From contig CALOBW010000055.1 of assembly GCA_942491525.1 (NCBI GenBank), forward strand, positions 136,106 to 200,105: a stretch of DNA of 64,000 bases, in the 5' to 3' direction. A program made the position numbers and the translations under genes. Shown here piece after piece: positions 28,935-39,091 of this stretch (the first letter of the stretch is position 1; every line of letters starts with the position of its first letter). The notes under the pieces were generated by a model. The model saw nothing but the letters and a program-made list of their open reading frames with translations. It was not told the DNA's origin and did not search any database. Source of the DNA: an uncultured Thermodesulfobacteriota bacterium (GTDB lineage Bacteria; Desulfobacterota; Desulfomonilia; UBA1062).

Positions 28935-30815
28935 ATGTGTGGTATAGCGGGTGTGTGGTCTAGCAAAAAACCAGTTAGTCAAGGTTTGTTGTATGCAATG
29001 CAGGAACAGATGGCCTCACGTGGACCGGATGCTAATGGTGTATGGATCTCCGATGACAGAATGGTTGGTTTGGCGCATTGTCGTCTCTCAATTATTGACC
29101 TTTCTGAGAATGGCAGCCAACCCATGGTTTATCAAAACAGGTGGTCTATAACTTATAATGGTGAACTATATAATTATCTTGAAATAAAAAAAGAACTTGA
29201 AGATGCTGGTTTCGCTTTTCGTGGTGGAAGTGATACCGAAGTGGTCTTGGTTGCATATGTGAAGTGGGGTGTTGATTGCCTGAGTCGTTTTAACGGGATG
29301 TTTGCCTTTGCCATATATGATCAGCAGGAGCAACGCTTCTTTCTGGCCAGGGATCATCAAGGAATAAAGCCCCTATATTATCATTGTTCAGAAAGATTAT
29401 TTGCCTTTGCGTCAAGGTTGTCGCCTTTGCTGGTGCATTCGGATATTTCACGTGATATTGACGAACAGGCTTTAAGTTATTATCTTGAGGTTGGTTTTGT
29501 TCCGCATGATAATTCAATATTTAAGTCGCTAAAAAAACTATCTCCAGGTCATTTTCTGACTATTGATAGAGATCGGCATGTGTCAGTTGAGCGTTACTAT
29601 CAACCATCGTTAGATGAAGTTTGTGTTGAGCAACGCTCGTCTCATAGTTGGGTGGATGCTTTAGAAGGGAAAATATCGCAATCAGTTAAACGTCAGATGG
29701 TCGCTGATGTGCCCATTGGTGTGTTTTTGTCGGGGGGAATTGATAGTTCGGTTGTTGCTGCTATGATGCAGCAACATAGTTCCGCTCCTATACATTCATT
29801 TTGTGTTGGATTTGATCAAGATGGTTACGATGAATCCTTCCACTCACGTAATGTTGCAGAATATCTTGGTACCAATCATCATGAAATTCGTTTCTCTCCA
29901 GATGCCCTAATAGGGTTGCTGGATGAATATACTCAACACTATGATGAACCCTTTGCTGATTGGTCCGCTTTGCCCATGATGGCTGTCTCTCGATTTGCCA
30001 GGGAAACTGTAACTGTTTGCCTTGGGGGAGATGGTGGAGATGAGTTGTTTGGAGGATATAAATATTATCGATATCTGAAGTTAATGGAACCAATATTAAG
30101 ATTGCCTGTGGGTCTTCGTTCTTGTCTTGTGAATGAGTTTCTGAAGAAGATTAATGTTCGCCATAAGCATAGGTTGCTATTAAAAGCGTTATCAGAGGAG
30201 GATGCTGTAAAATGCTTTGGTTTCATGCGTTCCATGATTAAAGATTATTCATTGACTAGTTTGTTGAATTTTGAAAGTCAGCAAAGACTTGCTGAATTAT
30301 TTGGTGAACGGTTAGAGTTAAGTGCCGGATATGATGTTCTTAGCTGGAGTGGCAGGATTGATAGTGACATTTACCTTGTCGATGATATTCTGCAGAAAGT
30401 TGATGTTGCAAGCATGGCATTCTCTTTGGAATCAAGAGTACCATTATTAGACCGAGAGGTTGTAGATTTTGCAACAGCAGTACCTTCGCAGCTTAAAATT
30501 CGAGGGAATGTAACGAAATGGATCTTAAGAGAAGTCCTTTACCGTCATGTTCCTCGTGCAATAGTTGATCGACCAAAAGCCGGGTTTAATGTTCCCATAC
30601 GAGAGTGGTTCAGAGGTGAGCTGAAAGAGCTTCTGCTGGATGAACTTTCTCAATCTAGAGTTAGACAGTTTGGATATATTGAAACGGATGGTGTTCAGGT
30701 GCTAATCAATAAGCATTTGGATGGGGCTATGGATACTCATCCGATGCTTTGGGTCTTAATGAGTTTGTTGCGATGGCATACGAGCGTAAGAGATGTACCT
30801 CGTTATAATCAATAA
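28935..30815 (+). CDS. asnB: asparagine synthase (glutamine-hydrolysing), polysaccharide-cluster type
   Basis: N-terminal MCGIAG nucleophile, SGGIDSS PP-loop in synthetase domain. Confidence 0.9.
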   Translation: MCGIAGVWSSKKPVSQGLLYAMQEQMASRGPDANGVWISDDRMVGLAHCRLSIIDLSENGSQPMVYQNRWSITYNGELYNYLEIKKELEDAGFAFRGGSDTEVVLVAYVKWGVDCLSRFNGMFAFAIYDQQEQRFFLARDHQGIKPLYYHCSERLFAFASRLSPLLVHSDISRDIDEQALSYYLEVGFVPHDNSIFKSLKKLSPGHFLTIDRDRHVSVERYYQPSLDEVCVEQRSSHSWVDALEGKISQSVKRQMVADVPIGVFLSGGIDSSVVAAMMQQHSSAPIHSFCVGFDQDGYDESFHSRNVAEYLGTNHHEIRFSPDALIGLLDEYTQHYDEPFADWSALPMMAVSRFARETVTVCLGGDGGDELFGGYKYYRYLKLMEPILRLPVGLRSCLVNEFLKKINVRHKHRLLLKALSEEDAVKCFGFMRSMIKDYSLTSLLNFESQQRLAELFGERLELSAGYDVLSWSGRIDSDIYLVDDILQKVDVASMAFSLESRVPLLDREVVDFATAVPSQLKIRGNVTKWILREVLYRHVPRAIVDRPKAGFNVPIREWFRGELKELLLDELSQSRVRQFGYIETDGVQVLINKHLDGAMDTHPMLWVLMSLLRWHTSVRDVPRYNQ

Positions 30816-30838
30816 ATTCTTATTCGGGAGATTCTGTC

Positions 30839-31828
30839 ATGAAAAAATGGTTACTGGATATAATAGTTTGTCCTTCATGTAAGGAAAGCTTGGCAGCTAA
30901 AGGCCCTTGGGTAAATGACGAAATAATTGAGGGAGAGTTGTTCTGTGAGCGATGTCAGATGAAGTGGCCTGTTGTTGGTGGAATCCCGCGCTTTGTTGAT
31001 GTTGGTGATGGATATTGTGAAAATTTTGGACAACAATGGAATCGGTTCAAAAAGACGCAGATTGATTCCTTTAGTGGTAACACCCATTCAAAAGATAGAT
31101 TTTGTGCTGAAACTGGTTGGTCAAAGGATTTTCTAAAGGATGCCTTAGTATTAGATGCAGGATGTGGATCAGGCCGTTTCGCCGATGTGGCTATTGATAT
31201 GGGAGCTCGAGTAATTTGTATTGATATGAGTAGTGCAGTGGATGCCTGCAAGGGTAATTTATCAGAGAATCATGACTCAGATAGATTTGAGGTTGTTCAG
31301 GCATCTATATATGAGTTGCCTTTCGCGGAGTGTATTTTTAAAGGGGTGTACTCTTTGGGGGTTATTCAGCATACCCCTGATCGTAAAGGAGCAGTACAAT
31401 CTCTTATAAAATATGTTGCTAAAGACGGGGAATTGGCTTTGTGGGTATACGAGAAAAGTTGGCGCAGTTTATTGGGGTATAAATATTGGTTTAGATTGAT
31501 TACAAAATATTTACCCTTAATTGTAAATTGGAAGTTGAGCAATATATTAGTAAACATATTTTTCCCAATAGCTTGGTATTTTAATAAACTTCCCAAATTT
31601 GGCCATTATTTGACGCGATTACTGCCTATGGCATTTCGATATACAGGAAGCATGACCAAGATACAGAGTAAAGAATGGTCACTATTGGACACCTTTGATA
31701 ACTTGTCTCCTCGTTATGATTTTCCAATTACAGAAAGATCTCTTCAAGATTGGATCAATGGGTCTGGGTTGATATTTTCAGGAAGGCGCCCAACACCGGG
31801 GTTAGCTGTTACTGCTCGGCGTGGCTGA
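30839..31828 (+). CDS. class I SAM-dependent methyltransferase with N-terminal Cys4 zinc-ribbon (Trm112-like)
   Basis: IVCPSCKESL...CERCQMKWPVVGGIPRFVD ribbon. LDAGCGSGRF motif I. ICIDMS. Confidence 0.75.
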   Translation: MKKWLLDIIVCPSCKESLAAKGPWVNDEIIEGELFCERCQMKWPVVGGIPRFVDVGDGYCENFGQQWNRFKKTQIDSFSGNTHSKDRFCAETGWSKDFLKDALVLDAGCGSGRFADVAIDMGARVICIDMSSAVDACKGNLSENHDSDRFEVVQASIYELPFAECIFKGVYSLGVIQHTPDRKGAVQSLIKYVAKDGELALWVYEKSWRSLLGYKYWFRLITKYLPLIVNWKLSNILVNIFFPIAWYFNKLPKFGHYLTRLLPMAFRYTGSMTKIQSKEWSLLDTFDNLSPRYDFPITERSLQDWINGSGLIFSGRRPTPGLAVTARRG

Positions 31829-31840
31829 GATGATTTAAAT

Positions 31841-32983
31841 ATGAATATTGTTTTGCATTTCCTTGGTTTGCGTGCTGGTGGTGGTCGCACTGATGCGATA
31901 AATTTGTTGAAGGTTCTGCCGACGATCTCGTCTGATGATTTTCTTGCAATTGTACCTAGAGGGTGTGGTTATGAAAATATTTCATTGCCACCTAATTGCC
32001 AACTGCATTTTGAGGCAGTGCGTCGATTTAATGATGTTTGGCGGCTTTATTTTGATAACTACCGCTTGAAAAATCTATGTAAGCAGTTCAATGCGGATGT
32101 ACTTTTTACTATGTGCAATAATGGTCCCTTGAAAATTGGTACTTGTAGACATGTGATTATGCTGAGACGCTCTCAGTTTGTTTATTCAACCATCGAGCTT
32201 AATGGAGCAAAAATTCAGACATCATTTAAGTTGAACTTTCTAAAATGGTATTTTCAGCAATCTCTGAAGTATGCAGACGCATTAATTGTACAAACCAATA
32301 CAATTAAAGATCGGGTTAAACAAAAGTATCATATTGATTGTCCGGTAGAAGTGGTTGGAAAGGCTGTTAGTCAAGAAATTCGAACATCGGAAGATCAAGA
32401 TGCTGTTTCTGAGCAGCCAAAGGCTATTAAGAATCATCCTGCAAAGTTTAAATGTCTCTATCTTTCAAAATATTATCCACATAAAAATATTGAGATGGCA
32501 TGTCAAGCTGTTGCAGAATGTAGAAAGAATGGTTGTAATGTAGCATTGTTCTTGACATTAAATCCGGGGGAATCTCTAGATGGAGACAAGTTAATTGAAA
32601 GAGTTAACAACGGAAGTTACGGTGATAGTGTTGCAAATGTTGGGCATGTTGATTTGGTCGATATAGCGAGTGTTTATGAAGAGTGTGATGCTGTTTTGAT
32701 ACCCAGTCTTTTGGAATCTTATTCCGCTACATACCTTGAAGGGATGAAGTATGGTAAGCCGATTGTTGCAAGTGATCGTGATTTTGCCCGAGATGTCTGT
32801 GGCGCTGCTGCTTTTTATGTTGATCCGTTAAATATTGATTCAATGGTAAGTGCAATTGGACGGTTGGCTGAAGATAGTTCTATGAAATCATCATTAGCGC
32901 AAGAAGGTTTTGTCAGGTACGATGATTATACCAAGGCATGGGATGATATTGCTTTGCAATATTTAGAGATAATCAAAGGGTAG
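31841..32983 (+). CDS. glycosyltransferase family 4 (GT-B)
   Basis: C-terminal ESYSATYLEGMKYGKPIVASD (E-x7-E motif region) of GT1/GT4. Confidence 0.8.
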   Translation: MNIVLHFLGLRAGGGRTDAINLLKVLPTISSDDFLAIVPRGCGYENISLPPNCQLHFEAVRRFNDVWRLYFDNYRLKNLCKQFNADVLFTMCNNGPLKIGTCRHVIMLRRSQFVYSTIELNGAKIQTSFKLNFLKWYFQQSLKYADALIVQTNTIKDRVKQKYHIDCPVEVVGKAVSQEIRTSEDQDAVSEQPKAIKNHPAKFKCLYLSKYYPHKNIEMACQAVAECRKNGCNVALFLTLNPGESLDGDKLIERVNNGSYGDSVANVGHVDLVDIASVYEECDAVLIPSLLESYSATYLEGMKYGKPIVASDRDFARDVCGAAAFYVDPLNIDSMVSAIGRLAEDSSMKSSLAQEGFVRYDDYTKAWDDIALQYLEIIKG

Positions 32984-32988
32984 ATGAT

Positions 32989-35100
32989 TTGAAGCAAGTT
33001 ATACAAAATATATCTAATGGTGAGACGCTATTGATCGATGTGCCATGTCCCCAGAAACAACGAGGCCATCTATTAATTGCGACTCAGGCCAGCCTTGTGT
33101 CTGCTGGTACAGAACGAATGCTTGTAGATTTTGGGAAGGCCAATTGGATTGATAAGGCCAGACAGCAGCCAGATAAAGTTAAAATGGTACTTGATAAGGT
33201 TCGTACAGATGGTCTTATGCCCACAGTAGATGCTGTCCGAAGTAAGTTGGATCAGCCCATTCCCTTGGGATATTGTAATGCCGGGGTTGTAATGGCGGTT
33301 GGTGATACAGTTTTTGGGTTTGAAGTTGGTGATAGAGTAGTCTCCAATGGCCCTCATGCTGGAATAGTTTCTGTGCCACGCAACCTTTGTGCTCGAATTC
33401 CAGCTGGCGTGGATGAAGAGTCTGCCGCCTTTACTGTACTTGGTGCAGTAGGTTTGCAGGGCGTCCGCTTGGCTGAGCCAACTCTTGGCGAAACCTTTGT
33501 GGTTACGGGGCTGGGATTGGTTGGTCTTATGACGGTTCAAATTTTACGGGCAAATGGTTGTCGAGTGCTTGGCATTGATTTTGATGATCGGCGTTTGGAA
33601 CTTGCCCGTAATTTTGGTGCTGAAACCGTTAACCCGGCCAACGGGGAGGATCCATTAAGTGCGGCTGATAAGTTTAGCAGAGGACGTGGCGTTGACGGTG
33701 TATTGATAACAGCTTCAACAAAGAGCAGTGATCCTGTTCATCAGGCAGCCCAGATGTGTCGTAAGCGCGGGCGAATTGTGCTGGTCGGAGTCACAGGTCT
33801 GGAATTGTCCAGGGCTGATTTTTATGAAAAGGAACTCTCCTTTCAGGTTTCATGTTCCTACGGTCCTGGTAGGTATGATATAAATTATGAAGATAAGGGT
33901 CAGGACTACCCTCTGGGTTTTGTTCGCTGGACAGAACAGCGGAATTTTGAAGCGATTTTGGATATGATGGCTGATGGTAGTTTGGATGTTAAATCACTCA
34001 TTAGTCATAGATTTGATATTGAAGATGCTGCTAATGCTTATCATATATTAAGTGAGGACAGTGCTTCCCTTGGGATTCTTTTGGCGTATTCTCCTCAATT
34101 GGATAATTTTAAAAAGAAATGTGTTCAGTTGAACAATGAAGGAATGGTTAATCAATCAGGTGCTCCAATCTGTGGGTTTATCGGCGCCGGAAATTATGCT
34201 TCAAGAATATTGATTCCTGCGTTTAAGAAATCTGGAGCAGTTCTTGAGACAATACTTACACAAAGTGGCATAAATGGTGTTCATCATGGCAAATGTGCTG
34301 GTTTCAGTAAAGCAACAACTGACAGTGCTGATGTTATGCAAAGTGATGTTATTAATACTGTTGTGATCGCATCTCGCCATAATAGTCATGCAGCATTTGT
34401 TATTGATGCCCTGCAAGCCGGAAAAAATGTATTTGTTGAGAAACCCCTTGCCATAACACATGATGAGTTAAATCAGATTGAGTCTGTTTATCGTGATCTA
34501 TATACAAAAGGAAATGCCCCGCATTTGATGGTCGGTTTTAATCGCCGCTTTGCTCCTCATGTAATTAAGATGAAAAAGCTGTTATTAACCGACAATCAGC
34601 CAAAGTCTTTCGTTGTTACTGTTAATGCCGGCAATATTCCGGCTGAGCATTGGACGCAGGATAGTGAGATGGGTGGTGGAAGGATTATTGGCGAAAGCTG
34701 TCATTTTGTAGATCTTCTAAGGTTTCTGTCAGGTAGTCAGATTGTATCGGCAGAGTCGACTGTAATGGAATCAGTATGTGGTGATACAGCCTCGATTCAA
34801 TTGAGATTTGAAGATGGTTCCATTGGTTCAATTCACTATTTTGCAAATGGTAATAAAGGTTTTCCAAAAGAAAGGGTTGAGGTTTTTTGTGGCGGACGTA
34901 CGTTACAGCTTGATAACTTTCGCAGTCTTAAAGGTTGGGGCTGGGATGGTTTTAGAAAAATGAATCTAATTCGACAAGATAAGGGGCAGGTAGCCTGTGT
35001 TCAGGCATTTCTTGAGACTGTTTGTCATGGAGGTCAGGCCCCAATCTCATTTGAAGAGCTGCTAGAAGTTAGCAGGACCTCGATAGATATTGCTAATTGA
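32989..35100 (+). CDS. bi-domain oxidoreductase: N-terminal zinc-type alcohol dehydrogenase (MDR) fused to C-terminal Gfo/Idh/MocA oxidoreductase
   Basis: MDR NAD-binding VVTGLGLVGLMTVQ. Second Rossmann ICGFIGAGNYASRILIP with EKPLA Gfo/Idh/MocA motif. 703 aa single frame. Confidence 0.8.
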   Translation: MKQVIQNISNGETLLIDVPCPQKQRGHLLIATQASLVSAGTERMLVDFGKANWIDKARQQPDKVKMVLDKVRTDGLMPTVDAVRSKLDQPIPLGYCNAGVVMAVGDTVFGFEVGDRVVSNGPHAGIVSVPRNLCARIPAGVDEESAAFTVLGAVGLQGVRLAEPTLGETFVVTGLGLVGLMTVQILRANGCRVLGIDFDDRRLELARNFGAETVNPANGEDPLSAADKFSRGRGVDGVLITASTKSSDPVHQAAQMCRKRGRIVLVGVTGLELSRADFYEKELSFQVSCSYGPGRYDINYEDKGQDYPLGFVRWTEQRNFEAILDMMADGSLDVKSLISHRFDIEDAANAYHILSEDSASLGILLAYSPQLDNFKKKCVQLNNEGMVNQSGAPICGFIGAGNYASRILIPAFKKSGAVLETILTQSGINGVHHGKCAGFSKATTDSADVMQSDVINTVVIASRHNSHAAFVIDALQAGKNVFVEKPLAITHDELNQIESVYRDLYTKGNAPHLMVGFNRRFAPHVIKMKKLLLTDNQPKSFVVTVNAGNIPAEHWTQDSEMGGGRIIGESCHFVDLLRFLSGSQIVSAESTVMESVCGDTASIQLRFEDGSIGSIHYFANGNKGFPKERVEVFCGGRTLQLDNFRSLKGWGWDGFRKMNLIRQDKGQVACVQAFLETVCHGGQAPISFEELLEVSRTSIDIAN

Positions 35101-35132
35101 AGTTGTGATGATGTCATTCCTGGGATTAATTT

Positions 35133-36782
35133 GTGAATATTAGGTTGTTTTGGAATACAGTAAGGTATCTTAGGCCGATTCAGGTTTATTGGCGTCTTTT
35201 TCTAAAGTTTAGTAATCCTCGCATTAACTTCGATTCTACACCTGAACTGCGTGCTCATGGTAGAAAATGGACAGCAGCTATACTTAAAGAACAGTCGTAT
35301 TTTCCACCAAATACCTTCAAATTTCTCAATTATGAGGATTCTATTGTAGGGGTTAATGATTGGAATAATCATGAGCACGAAAAGCTTTGGCTCTATAATT
35401 TGCATTATTTTGATGATTTAAATGCCGAGGGTAGAGAAAAGAGGGCCGAGAAACATTCTATACTTATTGATAGGTGGATTGCGGATAACCCTCCTATGGA
35501 AGGGAATGGTTGGGAACCGTATCCGACTTCTTTACGTATTGTTAACTGGATAAAATGGTCATTATTTGGAAACCTTTTGTCTGAAAATCAAGTACAGAGT
35601 CTTGCGCTACAGATCCGGTGGTTGGCAAAACGGTTAGAGTATCATTTGTTGGGTAATCATTTAATTGCCAATGCGAAGGCCTTGGTTTTTGCCGGCTGCT
35701 TTTTTGAGGGGCGAGAGGCTCAGCGGTGGTTGTTGAAAGGCCTAAAGATATTAACTGAAGAATTGCCAGAGCAGGTTCTCCCGGATGGTGGTCATTTTGA
35801 ACGTTCGCCGATGTATCATGCAATCATTTTAGAAGATTTGCTGGATTTGTTAAATGTGGCTAATGTCTATTGTCATGCGATAAAAAAAGATACTACTGAT
35901 TATTGGGCTGTTACTGCTCAGAAAATGCTGCAGGCATATACATGCCTATGTCATCCAGATGATGAAATAGCCTTTTTTAATGATGCTTCTATAGGTATTG
36001 CATCTTCCTTATCTACTGTCCAACAATATGCAGATAGGCTCGGTGTAGGGTATAGTTTTGAGAATAGTCGGATTGGAGAACTTTCAGAAACTGGCTATTA
36101 TTCCGTCAGGAGGAAAGAGTGGGCTCTTTTGGTTGATTGCGCTCCAGTTGGTCCAGATTATCTTCCTGGGCATGCCCATGCAGATACGCTTTCATTTGAA
36201 TTATCTAAGGGGAGCCAACGTGTTCTGGTAAATAGTGGTACCTCTTGTTATGGAATAAATCAGGAACGGTTAAGACAGCGAGGGACTGCAGCGCATAATG
36301 CAGTTACCGTTGATGGAGAGAATTCATCGGAAGTATGGAGTGGGTTTAGAGTTGCTCGGCGTGCAAGGATAGTTGATAAGTGTATTTCGTCTTCTGATAC
36401 TGTTGACAGTATTTTCGCCACGCATGATGGCTTCAGACGATTACCCAATGTCTGGGAACATCGCCGGGATTGGGTGATTTCTGAGGACAGAATGGTGATA
36501 AAGGATCGTCTAGGTGGCAAAGGGATGCATAATGTTGCCGTTTTCTACCATTTCCATCCTGCTATCGATGTTAAATTAGAAGATGGTAATCGACTATGTA
36601 TAGCTATTAATGATGGGAGGCTTGCTGAGATGCTGCTAGATGAATCTCTTAGCTGGAGATTGTACCGTGGGTCATATCATCCTGAATTTGGCGTTAGTAT
36701 TGATAATTGGGAATTGGTTGGTGAACAAGAGCTAGAATTTCCAGTGGCTATCACGAACAACATATTATTTATAGAGGATTAA
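35133..36782 (+). CDS. heparinase II/III-like family protein
   Basis: N-terminus NTVRYLRPIQVYWRLFLKF and overall length/pattern typical of heparinase II/III-like proteins found beside WecB/GT4 genes in O-antigen loci. Confidence 0.65.
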   Translation: MNIRLFWNTVRYLRPIQVYWRLFLKFSNPRINFDSTPELRAHGRKWTAAILKEQSYFPPNTFKFLNYEDSIVGVNDWNNHEHEKLWLYNLHYFDDLNAEGREKRAEKHSILIDRWIADNPPMEGNGWEPYPTSLRIVNWIKWSLFGNLLSENQVQSLALQIRWLAKRLEYHLLGNHLIANAKALVFAGCFFEGREAQRWLLKGLKILTEELPEQVLPDGGHFERSPMYHAIILEDLLDLLNVANVYCHAIKKDTTDYWAVTAQKMLQAYTCLCHPDDEIAFFNDASIGIASSLSTVQQYADRLGVGYSFENSRIGELSETGYYSVRRKEWALLVDCAPVGPDYLPGHAHADTLSFELSKGSQRVLVNSGTSCYGINQERLRQRGTAAHNAVTVDGENSSEVWSGFRVARRARIVDKCISSSDTVDSIFATHDGFRRLPNVWEHRRDWVISEDRMVIKDRLGGKGMHNVAVFYHFHPAIDVKLEDGNRLCIAINDGRLAEMLLDESLSWRLYRGSYHPEFGVSIDNWELVGEQELEFPVAITNNILFIED

Positions 36783-37928
36783 ATGTATAAGATTGTTTTG
36801 GTGGCCGGCGCTCGGCCTAATTTTATGAAGATTGCCCCTATTATGCGGGAAATAGATATACGAAAAGATTTCGAGGCTGTATTGGTTCATACAGGTCAGC
36901 ACTATGATGATAATATGTCTGAAACTTTTTTTTCAGGCCTAGGTATTCGTCGGCCTGACTATTTTTTGTCTGTTGGATCAGGATCTCACGCCGTTCAGAC
37001 GGCTAATATTATGGTTGAATTTGAAAGGGTTTGCATTACTGAAAAACCAGATATGGTGGTTGTTGTAGGGGATGTTAATTCAACTGTTGCAGCAGGTTTG
37101 GTTGCAAAAAAACTTGATATAACGTTGGCTCATGTGGAAGCTGGTTTACGGTCGAGAGATAGACGGATGCCTGAGGAGATTAATCGTCTAGCAACTGATT
37201 CTATTAGTGATCTCTTCTATGTAACGGAGCCTGATGGTGTTGTTAATTTACAGAAAGAGGGGCAAAGTCTGGATAAAGTTCATTTTGTTGGTCATGTTAT
37301 GATCGATAACTTGTTCTTTCAACTAAATAAAATTAATGATGAAGAGGTAGTATCAAAATCAATTCGGGATTTTAAGCAGAAGTTGCCAGCAACGTATATA
37401 TGCATGACTCTTCACCGGCCATCAAATGTTGATAGTAAGGAAGAGTTGTCATTATTGCTTAGTTCAATCGCAGAGATTGCCAGTAGTATTCCGGTAGTCT
37501 TCCCTTGTCATCCTCGTACTAAGTCTCGAATTTTAGAGTTTGGTCTTGAAGGTTTCGTGAAATTGTTTGATCAGAATAATTTTGCAGTGGATCAAGGTAT
37601 ATTGTTATTGGCTCCTCTTGGGTATGATGACTTTCTCTATCTGTGGAGAGATTCAGTTCTGGTGTTAACTGATAGTGGTGGTTTGCAAGAAGAGACCACT
37701 GCACTCAGGATACCATGCCTTACTCTTAGGGAAAATACAGAGAGGCCTATTACTGTTGATGTTGGATCTAATCAATTGGTCGGGCGGGATATGGAAAAGA
37801 TGAAACGTGAGATCCAAAAAATATTAACTGGCAATAATTCTAAAGGTCAAATTCCTGATTTGTGGGATGGCAGTGCTAGTGTGAGAATTGTTGATAGTTT
37901 TCTAAGTTTCTTGGAGAATATGAATTGA
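36783..37928 (+). CDS. wecB: UDP-N-acetylglucosamine 2-epimerase, non-hydrolysing (WecB/WbpI-type)
   Basis: VAGARPNFMKIAPI, HTGQHYD, HVEAGLRS, PEEINR motifs of Epimerase_2. RPNF rather than hydrolysing-type RAEY. Confidence 0.85.
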   Translation: MYKIVLVAGARPNFMKIAPIMREIDIRKDFEAVLVHTGQHYDDNMSETFFSGLGIRRPDYFLSVGSGSHAVQTANIMVEFERVCITEKPDMVVVVGDVNSTVAAGLVAKKLDITLAHVEAGLRSRDRRMPEEINRLATDSISDLFYVTEPDGVVNLQKEGQSLDKVHFVGHVMIDNLFFQLNKINDEEVVSKSIRDFKQKLPATYICMTLHRPSNVDSKEELSLLLSSIAEIASSIPVVFPCHPRTKSRILEFGLEGFVKLFDQNNFAVDQGILLLAPLGYDDFLYLWRDSVLVLTDSGGLQEETTALRIPCLTLRENTERPITVDVGSNQLVGRDMEKMKREIQKILTGNNSKGQIPDLWDGSASVRIVDSFLSFLENMN

Positions 37929-39091
37929 GAATACTTGTTCTTTCTTTTTATTATCAGCCAGATTTGTGTGCGGGGTCATTTAGAACAACTGCCTTTGTTA
38001 AGGCTTTGAAGTCACATCTTTCAGATGATGATTCAATTGATATATTGACGACTATGCCTAATCGCTATAAATCATTCCGTCGTGGTGCTGAAACTGTTGA
38101 GCGTGATGGCAATGTTACTGTTACGCGCATACAACTTCCTTGTCATAAGAGTGGTTTTGTAGATCAGGCATGTGCGTTTTCTCGTTATATGATAGAAGTC
38201 ATACGAAATGTGCGTGGTAAAAAATATGATGTAGTATTTGCAACGTCATCACGACTTTTTACGGCTTTTTTAGGCGCGTTGGTTGCTAAAGTGAAACATG
38301 CTAAGCTGTATCTTGATTTGCGTGATATTTTTACAGACACTATGTACTCATTATTACCAGCAAGATTTTCAATAATTGTTTTGCCTTTCTTTAAACTTAT
38401 AGAAAAATTTACAGTTAAGTCTGCTAATAGGATAAATCTGGTTTCAGAAGGATTCCGGGACTATTTTCAACAAGTAGCTCCAACCCAGAAGTATTCCTTT
38501 TTTACAAATGGAATCGACCAAGAGTTTGTCGGTCAATCATTTGAAAAAAGTACAAATGAATCAGTGAAGATAATTACATATGCTGGAAATATTGGACAGG
38601 GACAAGGCCTTGAACAAGTTGTGCCAGATATGGCAGAATATTTGGGAGATGCTTTTAAGATTTGCATAATTGGTGATGGCGGTATGAGAGCGATTCTAGA
38701 AAATGAGCTGGTTAGAAGGAAAATACGTAATGTAGAGATATTCGACCCAGTAGGACGAGTTGAGTTGATGGAGTATTATCGTCAGAGCGATTATTTGTTT
38801 TTGCACTTGAATGATTGTGATGCATTTAAAAAAGTTTTACCTTCCAAAATATTTGAGTACGCCGCTACCGGTAAGCCAATGATTGCTGGTGTTAATGGCT
38901 ATGCTCGCGATTTTATAAAAGATAATATTGAGGGGGCTATGGTTTTTAATCCCTGTGATGTAGTCGATTTCTCGAATAGTTTTGTTAATTGGTCCTATGA
39001 TTATTTTCAGCGTGACGGATTTGTGTCAAAGTATCGTCGGGATTATATTATGTACCAAATGGCGCTGGATTTTGCAGGAATTATGGTTTGA
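37925..39091 (+). CDS. wbuB: glycosyltransferase family 4, WbuB-like
   Basis: MRILVLSFYYQPDLCAGSFRTTAF N-terminus and GT4 C-terminal domain (EYAATGKPMIAG). Confidence 0.75.
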   Translation: MRILVLSFYYQPDLCAGSFRTTAFVKALKSHLSDDDSIDILTTMPNRYKSFRRGAETVERDGNVTVTRIQLPCHKSGFVDQACAFSRYMIEVIRNVRGKKYDVVFATSSRLFTAFLGALVAKVKHAKLYLDLRDIFTDTMYSLLPARFSIIVLPFFKLIEKFTVKSANRINLVSEGFRDYFQQVAPTQKYSFFTNGIDQEFVGQSFEKSTNESVKIITYAGNIGQGQGLEQVVPDMAEYLGDAFKICIIGDGGMRAILENELVRRKIRNVEIFDPVGRVELMEYYRQSDYLFLHLNDCDAFKKVLPSKIFEYAATGKPMIAGVNGYARDFIKDNIEGAMVFNPCDVVDFSNSFVNWSYDYFQRDGFVSKYRRDYIMYQMALDFAGIMV

